This document shows positions 10,286-20,787 of a stretch of DNA of 64,000 bases, in pieces. The notes beneath the pieces are model-generated. The model was not told the DNA's origin. It made no database searches and saw only the letters and a list, made by a program, of their open reading frames with translations. Each line of letters starts with the position of its first letter. Position 1 is the stretch's first letter. The stretch comes from Candidatus Latescibacterota bacterium. Its GTDB lineage: Bacteria > Latescibacterota > UBA2968 > GCA-2709665. Location: contig CBDDDZ010000005.1 in NCBI GenBank assembly GCA_965226795.1, positions 1,440,001-1,504,000 on the forward strand, given 5' to 3'. The translations under genes and the position numbers were made by a program.

Positions 10286-11056
10286 ATGGCGTCCATTGAG
10301 ATCACGCTGCTGGGACACGCATCTTTCCGACTGGAGCCCAATACGGGTGAGGTGGTTTATTTTGACCCGTGGTTGAACAACAATCCCGCCACCCAATTAC
10401 GTGTGACAGACGTAGAGCGCGCCGATGTGGTGATTGCGACGCATGGGCACGATGATCATATCGGTGATTCGTTTGCGATCTGCAAACGGACGGGAGCCAC
10501 GTTTGCGGGCAACTACGAACTCTGCCTGACCGCCCGGAAGAACGGGCTTGCTCTGGGCGAACAGGCACGGCCTATGAATCCGGGCGGCACCATCGAGGTG
10601 AATGGCGTGCGCGTCACTGCGACCCAGGCTTTCCATTCGCTGTCCATGTCGCCGAACCAGGCGCTGGGCGAGGCGCCGGATGACGAGTACTTCCGGCCTG
10701 ACGGCGGCGTGTGCGGGATCGTGATGCAGTTTTCGAACGGGATTTCTGTTTACGATACGGCGGATACGGCGCTATTCAGCGACATGCAACTGATCAGCCA
10801 GATGTACGGCCCGCAGGTGGCCATTCTTCCGGTAGGAGGCCTGTTCACCATGGGTATCCGGGAGGCCGCCCGGGCTGCGAGTCTTATTCGTCCGGACATC
10901 GTCATTCCGTGTCACTACGGTGAGGCGGTGGGTCAGCCTGCCGATATCGATGCCTTCTCGGAAATGGTCGGTTTTTTGTCGCCCAATACGAATGTAGTGG
11001 AACTCGAACCCGGGCAGGCCGTGACCTATTCGTCCGCCAGTTATCGGGTGACTTAG
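10286..11056 (+). CDS. Metal-dependent hydrolase, metallo-beta-lactamase fold (UPF0173-like)
   Basis: LGHASF, DPW, THGHDDH, LPVGG.FTMG, IPCHY. Confidence 0.88.
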   Translation: MASIEITLLGHASFRLEPNTGEVVYFDPWLNNNPATQLRVTDVERADVVIATHGHDDHIGDSFAICKRTGATFAGNYELCLTARKNGLALGEQARPMNPGGTIEVNGVRVTATQAFHSLSMSPNQALGEAPDDEYFRPDGGVCGIVMQFSNGISVYDTADTALFSDMQLISQMYGPQVAILPVGGLFTMGIREAARAASLIRPDIVIPCHYGEAVGQPADIDAFSEMVGFLSPNTNVVELEPGQAVTYSSASYRVT

Positions 11057-11227
11057 ATTTCCGGTATGTCAGCCGCAAAATCGTGGAGCGACTCCCGAAG
11101 ATTCAGAACGACACCGGGCTTGAATACATGTGTTCGGCCTTTAAGGGGACGGCTTCCGGAAGTCCGGCTGCCGCAGATATGACATAATCGGAGGCAGCGT
11201 TAAGGCAAGAGTTAAAGGGGGGTTCGT

Positions 11228-12043
11228 GTGGCGCAGGATCTGACCAACGCGATTGTGTCTCAGAAAATTGAACTTGCACCTGAGTTGATTATCTTGCAGG
11301 TGAAGCCGGACGGCTGGGATGTTCCGGTGTTCGAACCGGGGCAATTTGCCGTTCTGGGACTTCCCGGCATGGCCCCCCGCAGCGATTGGTCCGAACCTGA
11401 AGAAGACACGCCGGATCCGAAGCGGCTGATTCGTCGTGCGTATTCGATTGCGTCATCATCCAGGGCGCGGGAACATATGGAATTCTACATTAATGTCGTT
11501 CGATCGGGCGCGCTGACGCCCCGGTTGTTCGCTCTGGAACGGGGGGACCGTGTCTGGCTGGGGCCCAAGGTGTCCGGCGCGTTTACGCTGGAACAGGCGC
11601 CCCGGACCGCGGATGTTGTGCTCGTGGCTACGGGAACGGGACTCGCGCCTTATATCAGCGTGTTGCGCACTCACTTGCCGCACGACAACGGACGGCGCTT
11701 TGCAATTTTACACGGTGTCCGGCATTCCTGGGATCTGGGTTACCGGTCGGAATTGTCCATGATGCAGCAACTCTGCAGCAATCTGACCTATTTGTCGTTG
11801 ATCAGCCGCCCCGCCAACGAGCCCATGCCCTGGAGCGGCCTGACCGGATATGTTCAGGATCTCTGGGCAGGCGGTTATCTGGTCAGAGCATGGGGTAAAC
11901 ACCCGAAACCGGAAGATACACAGGTTTTCCTGTGTGGAAACCCGCAAATGTGCGAGGATATGCTGGCCCTTCTCGAAGCCGAAGGATTCAGGGAACATAG
12001 CCGAAAAACAAAAGGTCAGGTGCATATCGAGCGGTACTGGTAA
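11228..12043 (+). CDS. fpr: Ferredoxin--NADP+ reductase
   Basis: RRAYSIAS, GALTPRL, ATGTGLAPY, FLCGNPQM, C-terminal ERYW. Confidence 0.88.
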   Translation: MAQDLTNAIVSQKIELAPELIILQVKPDGWDVPVFEPGQFAVLGLPGMAPRSDWSEPEEDTPDPKRLIRRAYSIASSSRAREHMEFYINVVRSGALTPRLFALERGDRVWLGPKVSGAFTLEQAPRTADVVLVATGTGLAPYISVLRTHLPHDNGRRFAILHGVRHSWDLGYRSELSMMQQLCSNLTYLSLISRPANEPMPWSGLTGYVQDLWAGGYLVRAWGKHPKPEDTQVFLCGNPQMCEDMLALLEAEGFREHSRKTKGQVHIERYW

Positions 12044-12132
12044 AGAAAGGCTGGCCACAAACCAGGGGGTCGCCTGCATCACGGCTTCGGAGAGGAACGG
12101 CGATTCGCTCGGCGGTCCCCGTAGAGGGCGTG

Positions 12133-13752
12133 ATGGCGAGTGGGACTTCCCGGATTTATGATGGCATTATCGTCGGCGCCGGCCATAACAGCCTGGTTTT
12201 GCAGGCTTATCTCGGGCGGGCGGGACTTAAGGTGCTGTGCATCGAGCGGCGTAGCGTCGCGGGCGGTGCGCTGGCGACGATTGAAGACGCCGGGAATCCG
12301 GGTTTTCTGCACAATACGCATTCGTTTTACCATCGTGCGCTGAACATGATGCCCTGGTACCACGATCTGGGCCTCGAACGGCATGGCGCGGTATACGTCG
12401 AACCGGCATTGAACGTCGTCCTTTTGTCAGAGGCCGGCGAAGCGCTCGAGTGGTGGACGGACTTCGAGAAGACGGTCGACTCCTTTGCCCGTTTCAGCAA
12501 CACCGATGCGACAACATTGAGGAGGTGGCGAGACGCGTTCCTGCCCATCGTTGAACGGATTCTTATTCCGGAAGCGCAGGCGCCGCCGCTGGAGCCAACC
12601 CGGCGGCGCGCCTTGCTTGAAAGAAGCGCGGAGGGGCGATTGCTGCTGGAAGTCAGCCGACTGTCGCCCCTCGAATTTGTCCGCAGGGAATTCAGACATC
12701 CGGTGATACAGGCCGGATTGCTTTTTTTTAACGGGTTGCGGGAGGTCGATCTCCGTTGCCCCGGGTTCGGGCACCATATTGCGGCCCTCCTTGCCAGTTC
12801 TGGCAAGGCGCAGATGTGCCGGGGAGGGTCGGCCGCTCTTGCAGGGGCGCTCGTGGCCGCGGTAGAGGAGTGCGGTGGTGAGCTGCGCCTGCAGATGGAA
12901 CCCAAACGCTTCATTCTGGAAGGAGGCCGCGTTATCGGGGTGGAGGCGGCATCGGGTGAGCGTATCATATCCCGGCATTTTGTCGTATCGGGATTGAACC
13001 CGCACCAGACGTTTCTGGATCTGCTGGATAAGGATGCGCTTCCACGGAATTGGCGAGACCGTGCGAGTGCCTTCCGGTACAATCTGGTCGCCCCGCTTTT
13101 TGCGTTAAATCTGAATTTGAAAGAGCCGCCGCGTTACACGGCCGCCGCAACACGACCGAGTCTGGAAAAGGCGTTTATGGTAATTCTGGGATTGGATCAT
13201 GTGGATCGGTATCTCGAGATGGTGACATGCCATCAGGAGGGACGAAAACCGCCGAACATTATGTGGGGCAGTTGCCCCACCCTGTTCGATCCTTCGCAGG
13301 CACCGGAGGGGAAGCATACCGCGTTTATGTGGGAGAAGACGCCGTACCGGCTGAATGGAGATCCGACGCTTTGGGATTCGGAACGGGACCGTTTGGGAAA
13401 GGAGATGCTGGAGGTGTGGTGCCGGTATGCGCCGAACCTGAAAGAGAACCTGATTTCACGGTTCACGCGAAGCCCGCTGGACGTGGAGCGTACGTTTCCG
13501 AATATGCGGGAGGGGGACCTTCTCGTCGGCGCGTTCACGAAAGGTCAGATCGGCTACAACCGTCCGTTTCCCGGAGCCGGACATTACAGGACACACCTGA
13601 AGGGACTGTATCTGTGTGGCTCCTGTTGCCACCCCGGCGGCAACATTACGGGATTACCGGGCTACAACTGCGCGCAGGTCATTCTGCGTGACCTCGGTAT
13701 CGATGCACACTGGGCGCCTGAGCCGATTGAACGGCAATTGGAACGGCTATGA
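12133..13752 (+). CDS. Phytoene dehydrogenase-like FAD-dependent oxidoreductase
   Basis: GAGHNSL FAD motif, GLYLCGS..HPGGNITGLPGYNCA. Confidence 0.88.
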   Translation: MASGTSRIYDGIIVGAGHNSLVLQAYLGRAGLKVLCIERRSVAGGALATIEDAGNPGFLHNTHSFYHRALNMMPWYHDLGLERHGAVYVEPALNVVLLSEAGEALEWWTDFEKTVDSFARFSNTDATTLRRWRDAFLPIVERILIPEAQAPPLEPTRRRALLERSAEGRLLLEVSRLSPLEFVRREFRHPVIQAGLLFFNGLREVDLRCPGFGHHIAALLASSGKAQMCRGGSAALAGALVAAVEECGGELRLQMEPKRFILEGGRVIGVEAASGERIISRHFVVSGLNPHQTFLDLLDKDALPRNWRDRASAFRYNLVAPLFALNLNLKEPPRYTAAATRPSLEKAFMVILGLDHVDRYLEMVTCHQEGRKPPNIMWGSCPTLFDPSQAPEGKHTAFMWEKTPYRLNGDPTLWDSERDRLGKEMLEVWCRYAPNLKENLISRFTRSPLDVERTFPNMREGDLLVGAFTKGQIGYNRPFPGAGHYRTHLKGLYLCGSCCHPGGNITGLPGYNCAQVILRDLGIDAHWAPEPIERQLERL

Positions 13753-14867
13753 TTCAGCCGACGATTTCGTATCTAACGGATATATATTTCGGATTCGGCG
13801 TCTCAGACATCGTGGCCGACCTGCTATCCGACCTTGGAATACGCCGGCCACTTCTGGTGACGGACCAGGGCCTGTCTGATCTGGGCATTGCGCATCGCGT
13901 CGGCCTCGGCGACGCGCCCATGTACTGCGGCGTCAGGACCAATCCTTCGGAACATCAGGTCATGGAAGCGCTGGGCCTCTACCGGTCAGAAAAGTGCGAC
14001 GGAATGATCGCGGTGGGAGGCGGTTCGTCCATAGACCTCGCGAAATGCGCTGGTATTCTGGTTCGGCACGGCGGATCGCTCGAGTCGTATGCGATGCGTC
14101 GCGGCGGCACGGCGCGGATCACGCACCCGATCCCTCCCGTTGTGGCCGTGCCAACCACGGCTGGCAGCGGAAGCGAGGTGGGGAGAGCCGCACTGGTGAC
14201 GTTGTGTACCGGCGACAAGGTGGGTTTCTTAAGCCCCTTTTTGACGCCCGCGGCCGCGGTTTGCGACCCGGAGTTGACGCTGACGATGCCGCCTTCTCTG
14301 AGTGCCGGCACGGGGATGGATGCTATTTCACACTGCGTGGAGACCTTCTGCAGCACGCGCTTTAACCCGGTCGCGGATGCGATTGCGCTCGATGGACTGG
14401 AACGCGGCTGTCATCACATTTCCACCGTATTTCGGGACGGAACAGACAGGGAAGCCAGGAAGGGGATGATGATGTGCGCGCTACAGGGCGGCCTGGCGTT
14501 TCAGAAAAGCCTGGGCGCCGTGCACAGTTTGAGCCATCCATTGGGGTCATCGGACAGATTGTTGCATCATGGCACTCTGAACGCCCTGTTTCTTCCTGCC
14601 GTGTTGAGGTTCAACGCCGATTACTGTACGGATAAGTTCGACGTTATGGCGCTGCGGATGGGCCTGGAGAAGGGATCCGATGTGCCGGACTACTTTCAAG
14701 CACTGAACATGGAATTGCGGTTACCGTCGTCTTTATCGAAATTGGGTGTGACTCAGGAAGAACTGGAACCGCTCGCGCGGCTGGCGGCGGCGGACCATTG
14801 CAGCCCCACAAACCCGAGGCCGTTGGATGAAGCCGCATGTCGGAATCTGTACCTGTCTGTCCTATAA
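13749..14867 (+). CDS. Iron-containing alcohol dehydrogenase
   Basis: GGGSSIDLAK, PTTAGSGSE, GMDAISHC.E, HSLSH, HHG; ATGA overlap with the upstream gene. Confidence 0.92.
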   Translation: MIQPTISYLTDIYFGFGVSDIVADLLSDLGIRRPLLVTDQGLSDLGIAHRVGLGDAPMYCGVRTNPSEHQVMEALGLYRSEKCDGMIAVGGGSSIDLAKCAGILVRHGGSLESYAMRRGGTARITHPIPPVVAVPTTAGSGSEVGRAALVTLCTGDKVGFLSPFLTPAAAVCDPELTLTMPPSLSAGTGMDAISHCVETFCSTRFNPVADAIALDGLERGCHHISTVFRDGTDREARKGMMMCALQGGLAFQKSLGAVHSLSHPLGSSDRLLHHGTLNALFLPAVLRFNADYCTDKFDVMALRMGLEKGSDVPDYFQALNMELRLPSSLSKLGVTQEELEPLARLAAADHCSPTNPRPLDEAACRNLYLSVL

Positions 14868-14877
14868 GGGGGTTTTA

Positions 14878-15729
14878 ATGGCAAACTTCACGCACTTGGA
14901 CGAAATCGGTTTGAAGGAGGCGTTCAATCGTGACGGCTATCTGATAATGAAAGCGTATCTGGCGCCCGCCGTAATCGAAGGGGTTCGAGAGGAACTGAAT
15001 GTGCTGGTTGACCGGCATGCGGAGCGGTTGATGGCCGCGGGCCGAATAACGGAAGATTTCAAAGACGCGCCGTTCGAAAGGCGCATCGCTCAGATGTTCG
15101 AACACTGCATGGACGTGGCGCCGACGTCATTTCGGCCCGAATTGCACGGACCCAGGCTATTCGATCTGTTCTTTCATTCGCGCCTGCTGGATGTTGTACA
15201 ATTGCTTCTTGGCCCCGAGATCAGGTTGTATCCGAATTACACGGCGCGTCCGAAGTTCCCGGAGTGGAAGGGAACGCTGGTTCTGTGGCATCAGGACGGG
15301 GGATATACGGCACAGGCCGCCGAAGGCGTGGAGGAACTCAAGATGGTAAACGTATGGGCGCCCCTCGTGCCTGCCCGGGAGGAGAACGGCTGTATGCAGT
15401 TTGTGCCCGGTACGCACAAACTGGGTATCGTGCCGCACGAAAAACGCGAGTATTACCTGGAGATAGCAAAAGAGGAGTTGGATTTTCGCCTGGGACAAGC
15501 GGTGTCTATCGAAGTGGATCCTGGCGATGTGGTCCTGTTCCACAACCTGATGTTTCACTGCGGACTGCCCAACAGGACCCGCACGGTGCGCTGGAGCATG
15601 GACTGGCGGTACCAGGACGCGACTCAACCCACGATGCGGCCGCACAAGGGGCATCTGGCCAGGAGCAGAACGGGGCCGGAGAACGTCGTCAGAAATCGGA
15701 AGGACTGGGCAAGCCGGGAATTCCAATAG
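14878..15729 (+). CDS. Phytanoyl-CoA dioxygenase (PhyH) family protein
   Basis: WHQD, ENGCM.FVPGTH, PGDVVLFH...FH.G.PN; HxD...H triad present. Confidence 0.9.
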   Translation: MANFTHLDEIGLKEAFNRDGYLIMKAYLAPAVIEGVREELNVLVDRHAERLMAAGRITEDFKDAPFERRIAQMFEHCMDVAPTSFRPELHGPRLFDLFFHSRLLDVVQLLLGPEIRLYPNYTARPKFPEWKGTLVLWHQDGGYTAQAAEGVEELKMVNVWAPLVPAREENGCMQFVPGTHKLGIVPHEKREYYLEIAKEELDFRLGQAVSIEVDPGDVVLFHNLMFHCGLPNRTRTVRWSMDWRYQDATQPTMRPHKGHLARSRTGPENVVRNRKDWASREFQ

Positions 15730-15874
15730 GCCGTTCCGACGAGCCGGCAACAGTCCTTCACGGTCGTCGGATTGAAATGGGCATCGATGTGAAAACCCTA
15801 CGGTCGAAAAAAACCAGACAGACGGCACAGACCGGTAAGGTGTCAGCGTCGAGACATGCCCGGAATTATAGGCC

Positions 15875-16681
15875 CTATAGCGCGTGATAGAACGACAATG
15901 CGAAACCGGCCCCGGTGATCAGGAGAAGGAGCAGGGCGACCACGACAGTGAGGCGGCCCTCGCGCCAGCGCGCATTCGAGACGAGGAGCCGTGAGGCGAG
16001 CCATCCCCCTCCGAATCCGCCGAAATGAGCCCAGTTGTTGACGCCGGCTACGAGAAAGCCGAAAATGAAGAGCATGATGGCCCACTGCCATACCTGACGC
16101 GTCATCAGGGTGGCAAGGTTGGTCTTCTGGCTTCGACCGTAGACAATGAGGGCGGCCAGAAGTCCGAAAATCGAACCGGAAGCGCCTAGCGTCGGGTAGC
16201 CGGATACGGTATTGGAGAGGAGAAAACCAATTACACCGCCCGAGGTAAAGATGATGAAATATCGTGCGGGGCCGTAGAGATTGCCGACTTCAGGGCCCAG
16301 TTGCCGGATCCACAGCACATTGAAGAGTATATGGAACAACCCTCCGTGCAGGTATATGGCCGTAAACAGCGTCCACCACGGGGCGTTGTCGTATGTCATT
16401 CCAAGGGCGATCATTGGAAAACGACCGGGTGAGAGCATGTTGAAAAAGCCGCCCCTCAGTGTCAGAGCCGCATCCAGGTCCAGGAGTAGACTGAGCACAT
16501 AAAGGGCCACACACGCTGTTGGGATCAGTGTGAGAACGTCGATTTTCGATCCGAACAGCCGATTCAGCGCGGGGCCGAGTCCCCAGAGACCCGGGCGGTA
16601 CGCGCCACAGTATGGGCATTTTTTTTCTTTCGTGCTAATCAGGTTGCGGCAGTCCGGACAGACCATCGAGGCAGGAGGCAT
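15875..16681 (-). CDS. Rhomboid family intramembrane serine protease with N-terminal zinc ribbon
   Basis: CPDC...CPYC; HGGLFHILFN, GASG, NWAHFGG. Confidence 0.9.
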   Translation of the reverse strand: MPPASMVCPDCRNLISTKEKKCPYCGAYRPGLWGLGPALNRLFGSKIDVLTLIPTACVALYVLSLLLDLDAALTLRGGFFNMLSPGRFPMIALGMTYDNAPWWTLFTAIYLHGGLFHILFNVLWIRQLGPEVGNLYGPARYFIIFTSGGVIGFLLSNTVSGYPTLGASGSIFGLLAALIVYGRSQKTNLATLMTRQVWQWAIMLFIFGFLVAGVNNWAHFGGFGGGWLASRLLVSNARWREGRLTVVVALLLLLITGAGFALSFYHAL

Positions 16682-16838
16682 AACGACCCTCGGCTCTTGT
16701 TGTCATCGATAGCTACACTATCGGCACGCGGCCTGAAGACAAATGAACCCTTCGCCGCGTTCGGGCGTTTCAAGCCGGTACCGCCCACATCGGCCTGCGG
16801 GCGAAGCGATTCCCGAAAAGATGCCAGGGCGCAGACGG

Positions 16839-18027
16839 TTACGATAAGGTTTCCACAGGCGGCGCACCGGATGGTCGGCGGTTGGCGGGACGTTTGTGCG
16901 CCCGATGTTCAAGAATTAGCGAGAGCCCCGCCAGAACCCGCTCCATATCTGATTCCGAGGTGGTTCCCATCGAAGCCATCCGGACGGCGGTATCCCGCAT
17001 GGGGCCGTAGCCCGGTGCGATCTGGACGTTCAGCAGGTTCTTCGCCGCATGGACAATTTCCGACGCCGGGACGGAATCGGGCATCAGGATGGTAGTGACC
17101 GTGGGGCTGTAGAATCCCGGCTGCGCGAGCAGATCCAGACCGTGCTTTTCTGCCCAATCCCGCTGCATTCGCGCGAGGTTTCGGTGGCGCTCGAAACGGG
17201 CTTCTCCTTCGTCCAGCATTTCCTCGAGGCGGGCGATCAGACATCGCAACATGAGGTCGGATACGGTCACAGGAGTTTGCGCGGCTGCGGCGCTGGAGCG
17301 CCATTCGATCAGGTCCAGTACGTATCCACGCCCCGTGACGCTTTTTGCGGCCTCGAATGCGCGATCCGAGACGATCATTACCGAGCCGATCGCCGGAATC
17401 GCGAAGTCCTTCTGGAGGCTCCAAAGATAATAGTCCGGACGCAAGGAGCCAATGTCAAGTTCTATCGCCCCGGCGATACTCACCCCGTCGATGGCGATCA
17501 ACGTTTCCGGCGCACGCCGGCGCGCATCCTCGCAAAGGACGTCGATAGGGAGGACAACTCCGGTAGCGGTTTCGTTGTGCGTAAGGAGCGCGATGTCGTA
17601 GCCTTTCTGCAATGCGCTCCGCCATGAAACGGGTTCGATGCCGTGTCCCCACGGCACTTTCATAACGTCGATCGAGCGGCCGAGCCGCATGAATACACCT
17701 GCCCAGCGAGCGGAAAAGGCGCCCATATCGAGACCCAGGGCTCGATAGCGGGATGGCGTGTTCACGGCGATCATTTCCCAATTGTAGCTGGCGCTGTGTC
17801 CAAATATAACCGGCGTGAATTCCTCGGAAATGTGGAATGCCTTGCGAAGGAGATCGACCGCTTGCACGTATACGGTTTTGAACTCGGTTGAACGGTGGGA
17901 GTAGGTCGCCCGGTAGGTCCTGAGCACTCGCTCGACCGCCGGCGTGAGCGCGTGTGGGCCTGGTGTCCAGCAGGGCGATGTCTGGCAGTCGAAGGTGTCT
18001 GAATTCCTCGTTTCGTTCAGAATTCAT
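16839..18027 (-). pseudogene. Class V PLP aminotransferase (serine-pyruvate/aspartate type), frameshifted near 17967 (pseudogene or sequence error)
   Basis: The ATG-18027 frame gives ...PDIALL; the family motif TPGP...HRSTEF, HNETATG, DGVS and SLQK lies in the next frame; one extra G in CTGCTG-G-ACACCAGGC. Confidence 0.75.
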
Positions 18028-18085
18028 GTGAGCGCCTCAGGAAGCCTATCCCACCGTTGTGAGATGGAGGACAACCAATAAGAGC

Positions 18086-18113
18086 GCCCGTTAAACAGGC
18101 AGGTTTAACGGGC
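18086..18113 (-). terminator. Hairpin downstream of tRNA-Gly, probable terminator
   Basis: Perfect 11-bp stem GCCCGTTAAAC/GTTTAACGGGC with a 6-nt loop. Confidence 0.55.
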
Positions 18114-18129
18114 TTTCGTGTGAATTTAA

Positions 18130-18205
18130 TGGAGCGGGAAACGGGACTCGAACCCGCGACCCCAACCTTGGCAAGGTTGTGCTCTACCAGCTGAGCTATT
18201 CCCGC
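18130..18205 (-). tRNA. tRNA-Gly(GCC)
   Basis: GCGGGAATAGCTCAGCTGGTAGAGCACAACCTTGCCAAGGTTGGGGTCGCGGGTTCGAGTCCCGTTTCCCGCTCCA; cloverleaf with encoded CCA. Confidence 0.97.
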
Positions 18206-18236
18206 TCGCAATCGCCTGAATACCAGGTAAATTCGG

Positions 18237-18265
18237 AAACTAAGGAAATGGCCGCCGATTGTCAA
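18237..18265 (-). promoter_or_regulatory. sigma70 promoter of tRNA-Gly
   Basis: Minus strand TTGACA-17 nt-TAGTTT. Confidence 0.55.
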
Positions 18266-18399
18266 GGCATAATGCGTACCCGGCAGACCGTTCAGGTTTG
18301 GCGATTCGCTTGCGATAATGTTCGCCAGCAAGAAGGACGTTGATGTTTGCCAGGGTGCCGGGCCCATTGTCATTTCCGGCTGACGAACCCGCGTTTGAG

Positions 18400-18428
18400 T
18401 TGACATTTAGGGTTCGGAGGCGCATATT
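18400..18428 (+). promoter_or_regulatory. sigma70 promoter upstream of the second hydantoinase operon
   Basis: TTGACA-17 nt-CATATT. Confidence 0.5.
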
Positions 18429-18699
18429 TAGCATTTGTCCGCAGCGGGTTTTCATCCGTACCGTGCCTTCAGTGGGTCTCGATGTCCTGCCGGAATCAAA
18501 TAGCCGAAAGGGCAGCGCGGGCGACGCCAGAACCGCCCAGTGCTGAACCATCAGAGACCGGCTCAGGTTGTGGGAATATAAGAGCCGTGGGCAGGCAGGG
18601 ATCAGCCACAGGTGGCGTGATATTCACGCTATCGTGACGCCGACTCAAGGAATATCTGTAAGATGGATGCCGTTTGGTGCCCAAATGGAGCGAAGCGGG

Positions 18700-20787
18700 A
18701 TGGTCGAAGAAAAATATGTCCTGGCAATTGACATCGGTGGCACGTTCACGGATCTCGTTCTGCTGGATTGCCATACCGGTCGGCAGACGGTTGCCAAGGT
18801 GCCGACGAGTTATCCGGATCCTTCTGAGGCCGTGCTGACCGGGATCGGCTCGATACTGGGTTCCGATAACGCGGGGGCCGTACAACGCGTTATCCACGGT
18901 ACAACGCTGGTGACCAACGCGCTGATCGAGCGCAAGGGCGCACGCACCGGGCTGATTACGACGGCCGGGTTTCGAGATGCGCTGGAAATCGGACGCGAAG
19001 GTCGATACGATATTTACGATCTGCGACTGGAGTTGCCCGAACCGCTCGTGGAACGCAGATTGAGAATTGGCGCACCGGAACGGATAAATGTCAGAGGAGA
19101 AGTACTGGAGAGCCTGAATGAGCCTTCGATTCTCGAAGCGTGCGGCAAGTTTCTGGATGAAGGGGTCGAGGCGGTTGCCATCTGTTTTCTGCACGCATAC
19201 GCAAATCCGGAACACGAGCGCCGGGCGAAGCAGGTGGTTAAGGAAACGATGCCCGGGGTTTCGATTTCGGTTTCACATCAGGTGTCGCCCCAATTTCGGG
19301 AGTACGACCGGACCTCCACCACCGTCGCAAACGCTTATGTGCAACCACTCGCCCGGCTGTATTTGACGGGATTGTCCAAAGGGCTGGAAACAAAAGGGAT
19401 AACGGCACCTTTGCATATAATGCTGTCCAACGGCGGCGTTTGCTCGGCCGAGACGGCCGCGGCCTTTCCGGTTCGTCTTGTGGAATCCGGTCCGAGCGGC
19501 GGCGCATTGTCCGCCGCGTATTGGGCAAACCGGGCAAACCGGCAGAACGTACTCGCGTTTGATATGGGCGGAACGACGGCAAAGGCGGTGCTCGGCAGCG
19601 ACGGCGCGTTTCCCATCACGACCGAATCCGAGGTGGCGCGTGTCTATCGTTTCAAGCGCGGCAGCGGATTGCCTCTGCTGGTGCCGGTACTGGACATGAT
19701 TGAAATCGGCGCAGGCGGCGGCAGTGTCGCACATCTGAACGAGTTGGGGCTGCCGGCAGTCGGACCCGAGAGCGCGGCTTCGGTTCCCGGCCCCGCCTGT
19801 TACGCACACGGAGGCGAGGAGCCCACCGTGACGGATGCCGACCTGATTCTGGGGATGCTGAATCCCGATTATTTCCTCGGTGGGAAAATGGCGCTGGACC
19901 CGGGCCGAGCACGTAGCGCCGTTCATCGGTTGGCCACGCGCCTGGACATAGACGTAAACCGTATGGCCTGGGGTATACACAGGATGGTGAATGAAAATAT
20001 GGCGAATGCCGCTCGGGTTCACGCGGCCGAGCGCGGAATCGATATCCGGGGATATACGATGGTGGCTACCGGTGGCGCGGGTCCGGTGCATGCCTGCGGC
20101 GTGGCCGAGCGGCTGGGAATCGGTACAGTAATCGTGCCGCCCGCGGCAGGCGTGAGTTCGGCCTTCGGGCTGATGCTTGCGCCAATTTCGTTTGACTTCG
20201 CAAGGAGTTACGTCGCCCGGCTCGAGGCGTTGAATTACGAGCGGTTGAACAGCCTTTTTGAAGAGATGGAAACTGAAGGAGAGGAAGTGTTGCGAGAGGC
20301 GGGCGTGGCCCGGGCCGAGATGCAGATTGAGCGGTCCGCGGACATGCGCTACGTGGGACAGGGCCACGAAATTCGATTTCCGGTTACGGGCGGCATACTG
20401 AGTCCCGAACGGCTGGTTGAAATCAGGCAGGGGTTTGACACGGCATATACGCGCAAATTTACACGCACGTGTGAAGGCGTGGAAATCGAGTCCGTTCACT
20501 GGCGGGTTCGGATGTCCGGGCAGAAACCCGATCTCGGCGACGTGGAGGCGGCCTCTTCGGCGGCCGGGGACGCGAGCAAGGGCGTTCGCGAGGTGTTGTT
20601 CAATGTGGAATCCGGTCCTGAGCAGACTCCGGTATTCGACAGGTACAGGATGGCGGCCGATTTTCAAGTGTCGGGTCCCGCAATCGTGGAAGAAGCCGAG
20701 TCCACGGCCGTCGTGCCACGCGGATGGGCGATTTCCGTGGAAGCATGTGGCAACCTGCTGCTGACGCGCCGGGAGGGTTTGCGATGA
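18700..20787 (+). CDS. Hydantoinase A / 5-oxoprolinase family protein (second, divergent copy)
   Basis: AIDIGGTFTD, HGTTLVTNA, ESGPSGG, DMGGTT, GAGGGS, GPESA...PGPACY. Confidence 0.92.
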   Translation: MVEEKYVLAIDIGGTFTDLVLLDCHTGRQTVAKVPTSYPDPSEAVLTGIGSILGSDNAGAVQRVIHGTTLVTNALIERKGARTGLITTAGFRDALEIGREGRYDIYDLRLELPEPLVERRLRIGAPERINVRGEVLESLNEPSILEACGKFLDEGVEAVAICFLHAYANPEHERRAKQVVKETMPGVSISVSHQVSPQFREYDRTSTTVANAYVQPLARLYLTGLSKGLETKGITAPLHIMLSNGGVCSAETAAAFPVRLVESGPSGGALSAAYWANRANRQNVLAFDMGGTTAKAVLGSDGAFPITTESEVARVYRFKRGSGLPLLVPVLDMIEIGAGGGSVAHLNELGLPAVGPESAASVPGPACYAHGGEEPTVTDADLILGMLNPDYFLGGKMALDPGRARSAVHRLATRLDIDVNRMAWGIHRMVNENMANAARVHAAERGIDIRGYTMVATGGAGPVHACGVAERLGIGTVIVPPAAGVSSAFGLMLAPISFDFARSYVARLEALNYERLNSLFEEMETEGEEVLREAGVARAEMQIERSADMRYVGQGHEIRFPVTGGILSPERLVEIRQGFDTAYTRKFTRTCEGVEIESVHWRVRMSGQKPDLGDVEAASSAAGDASKGVREVLFNVESGPEQTPVFDRYRMAADFQVSGPAIVEEAESTAVVPRGWAISVEACGNLLLTRREGLR

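Noticed and set aside
18017..18406. 129-aa ORF across 18.0-18.4 kb
   Set aside because: It is a translation through the tRNA-Gly gene and its promoter.
19273..20667. Long antisense ORFs (also 36810-37865, 40301-41377, 44114-45064, 24123-24977)
   Set aside because: They shadow well-supported genes on the opposite strand in GC-rich DNA and have no recognisable motifs.
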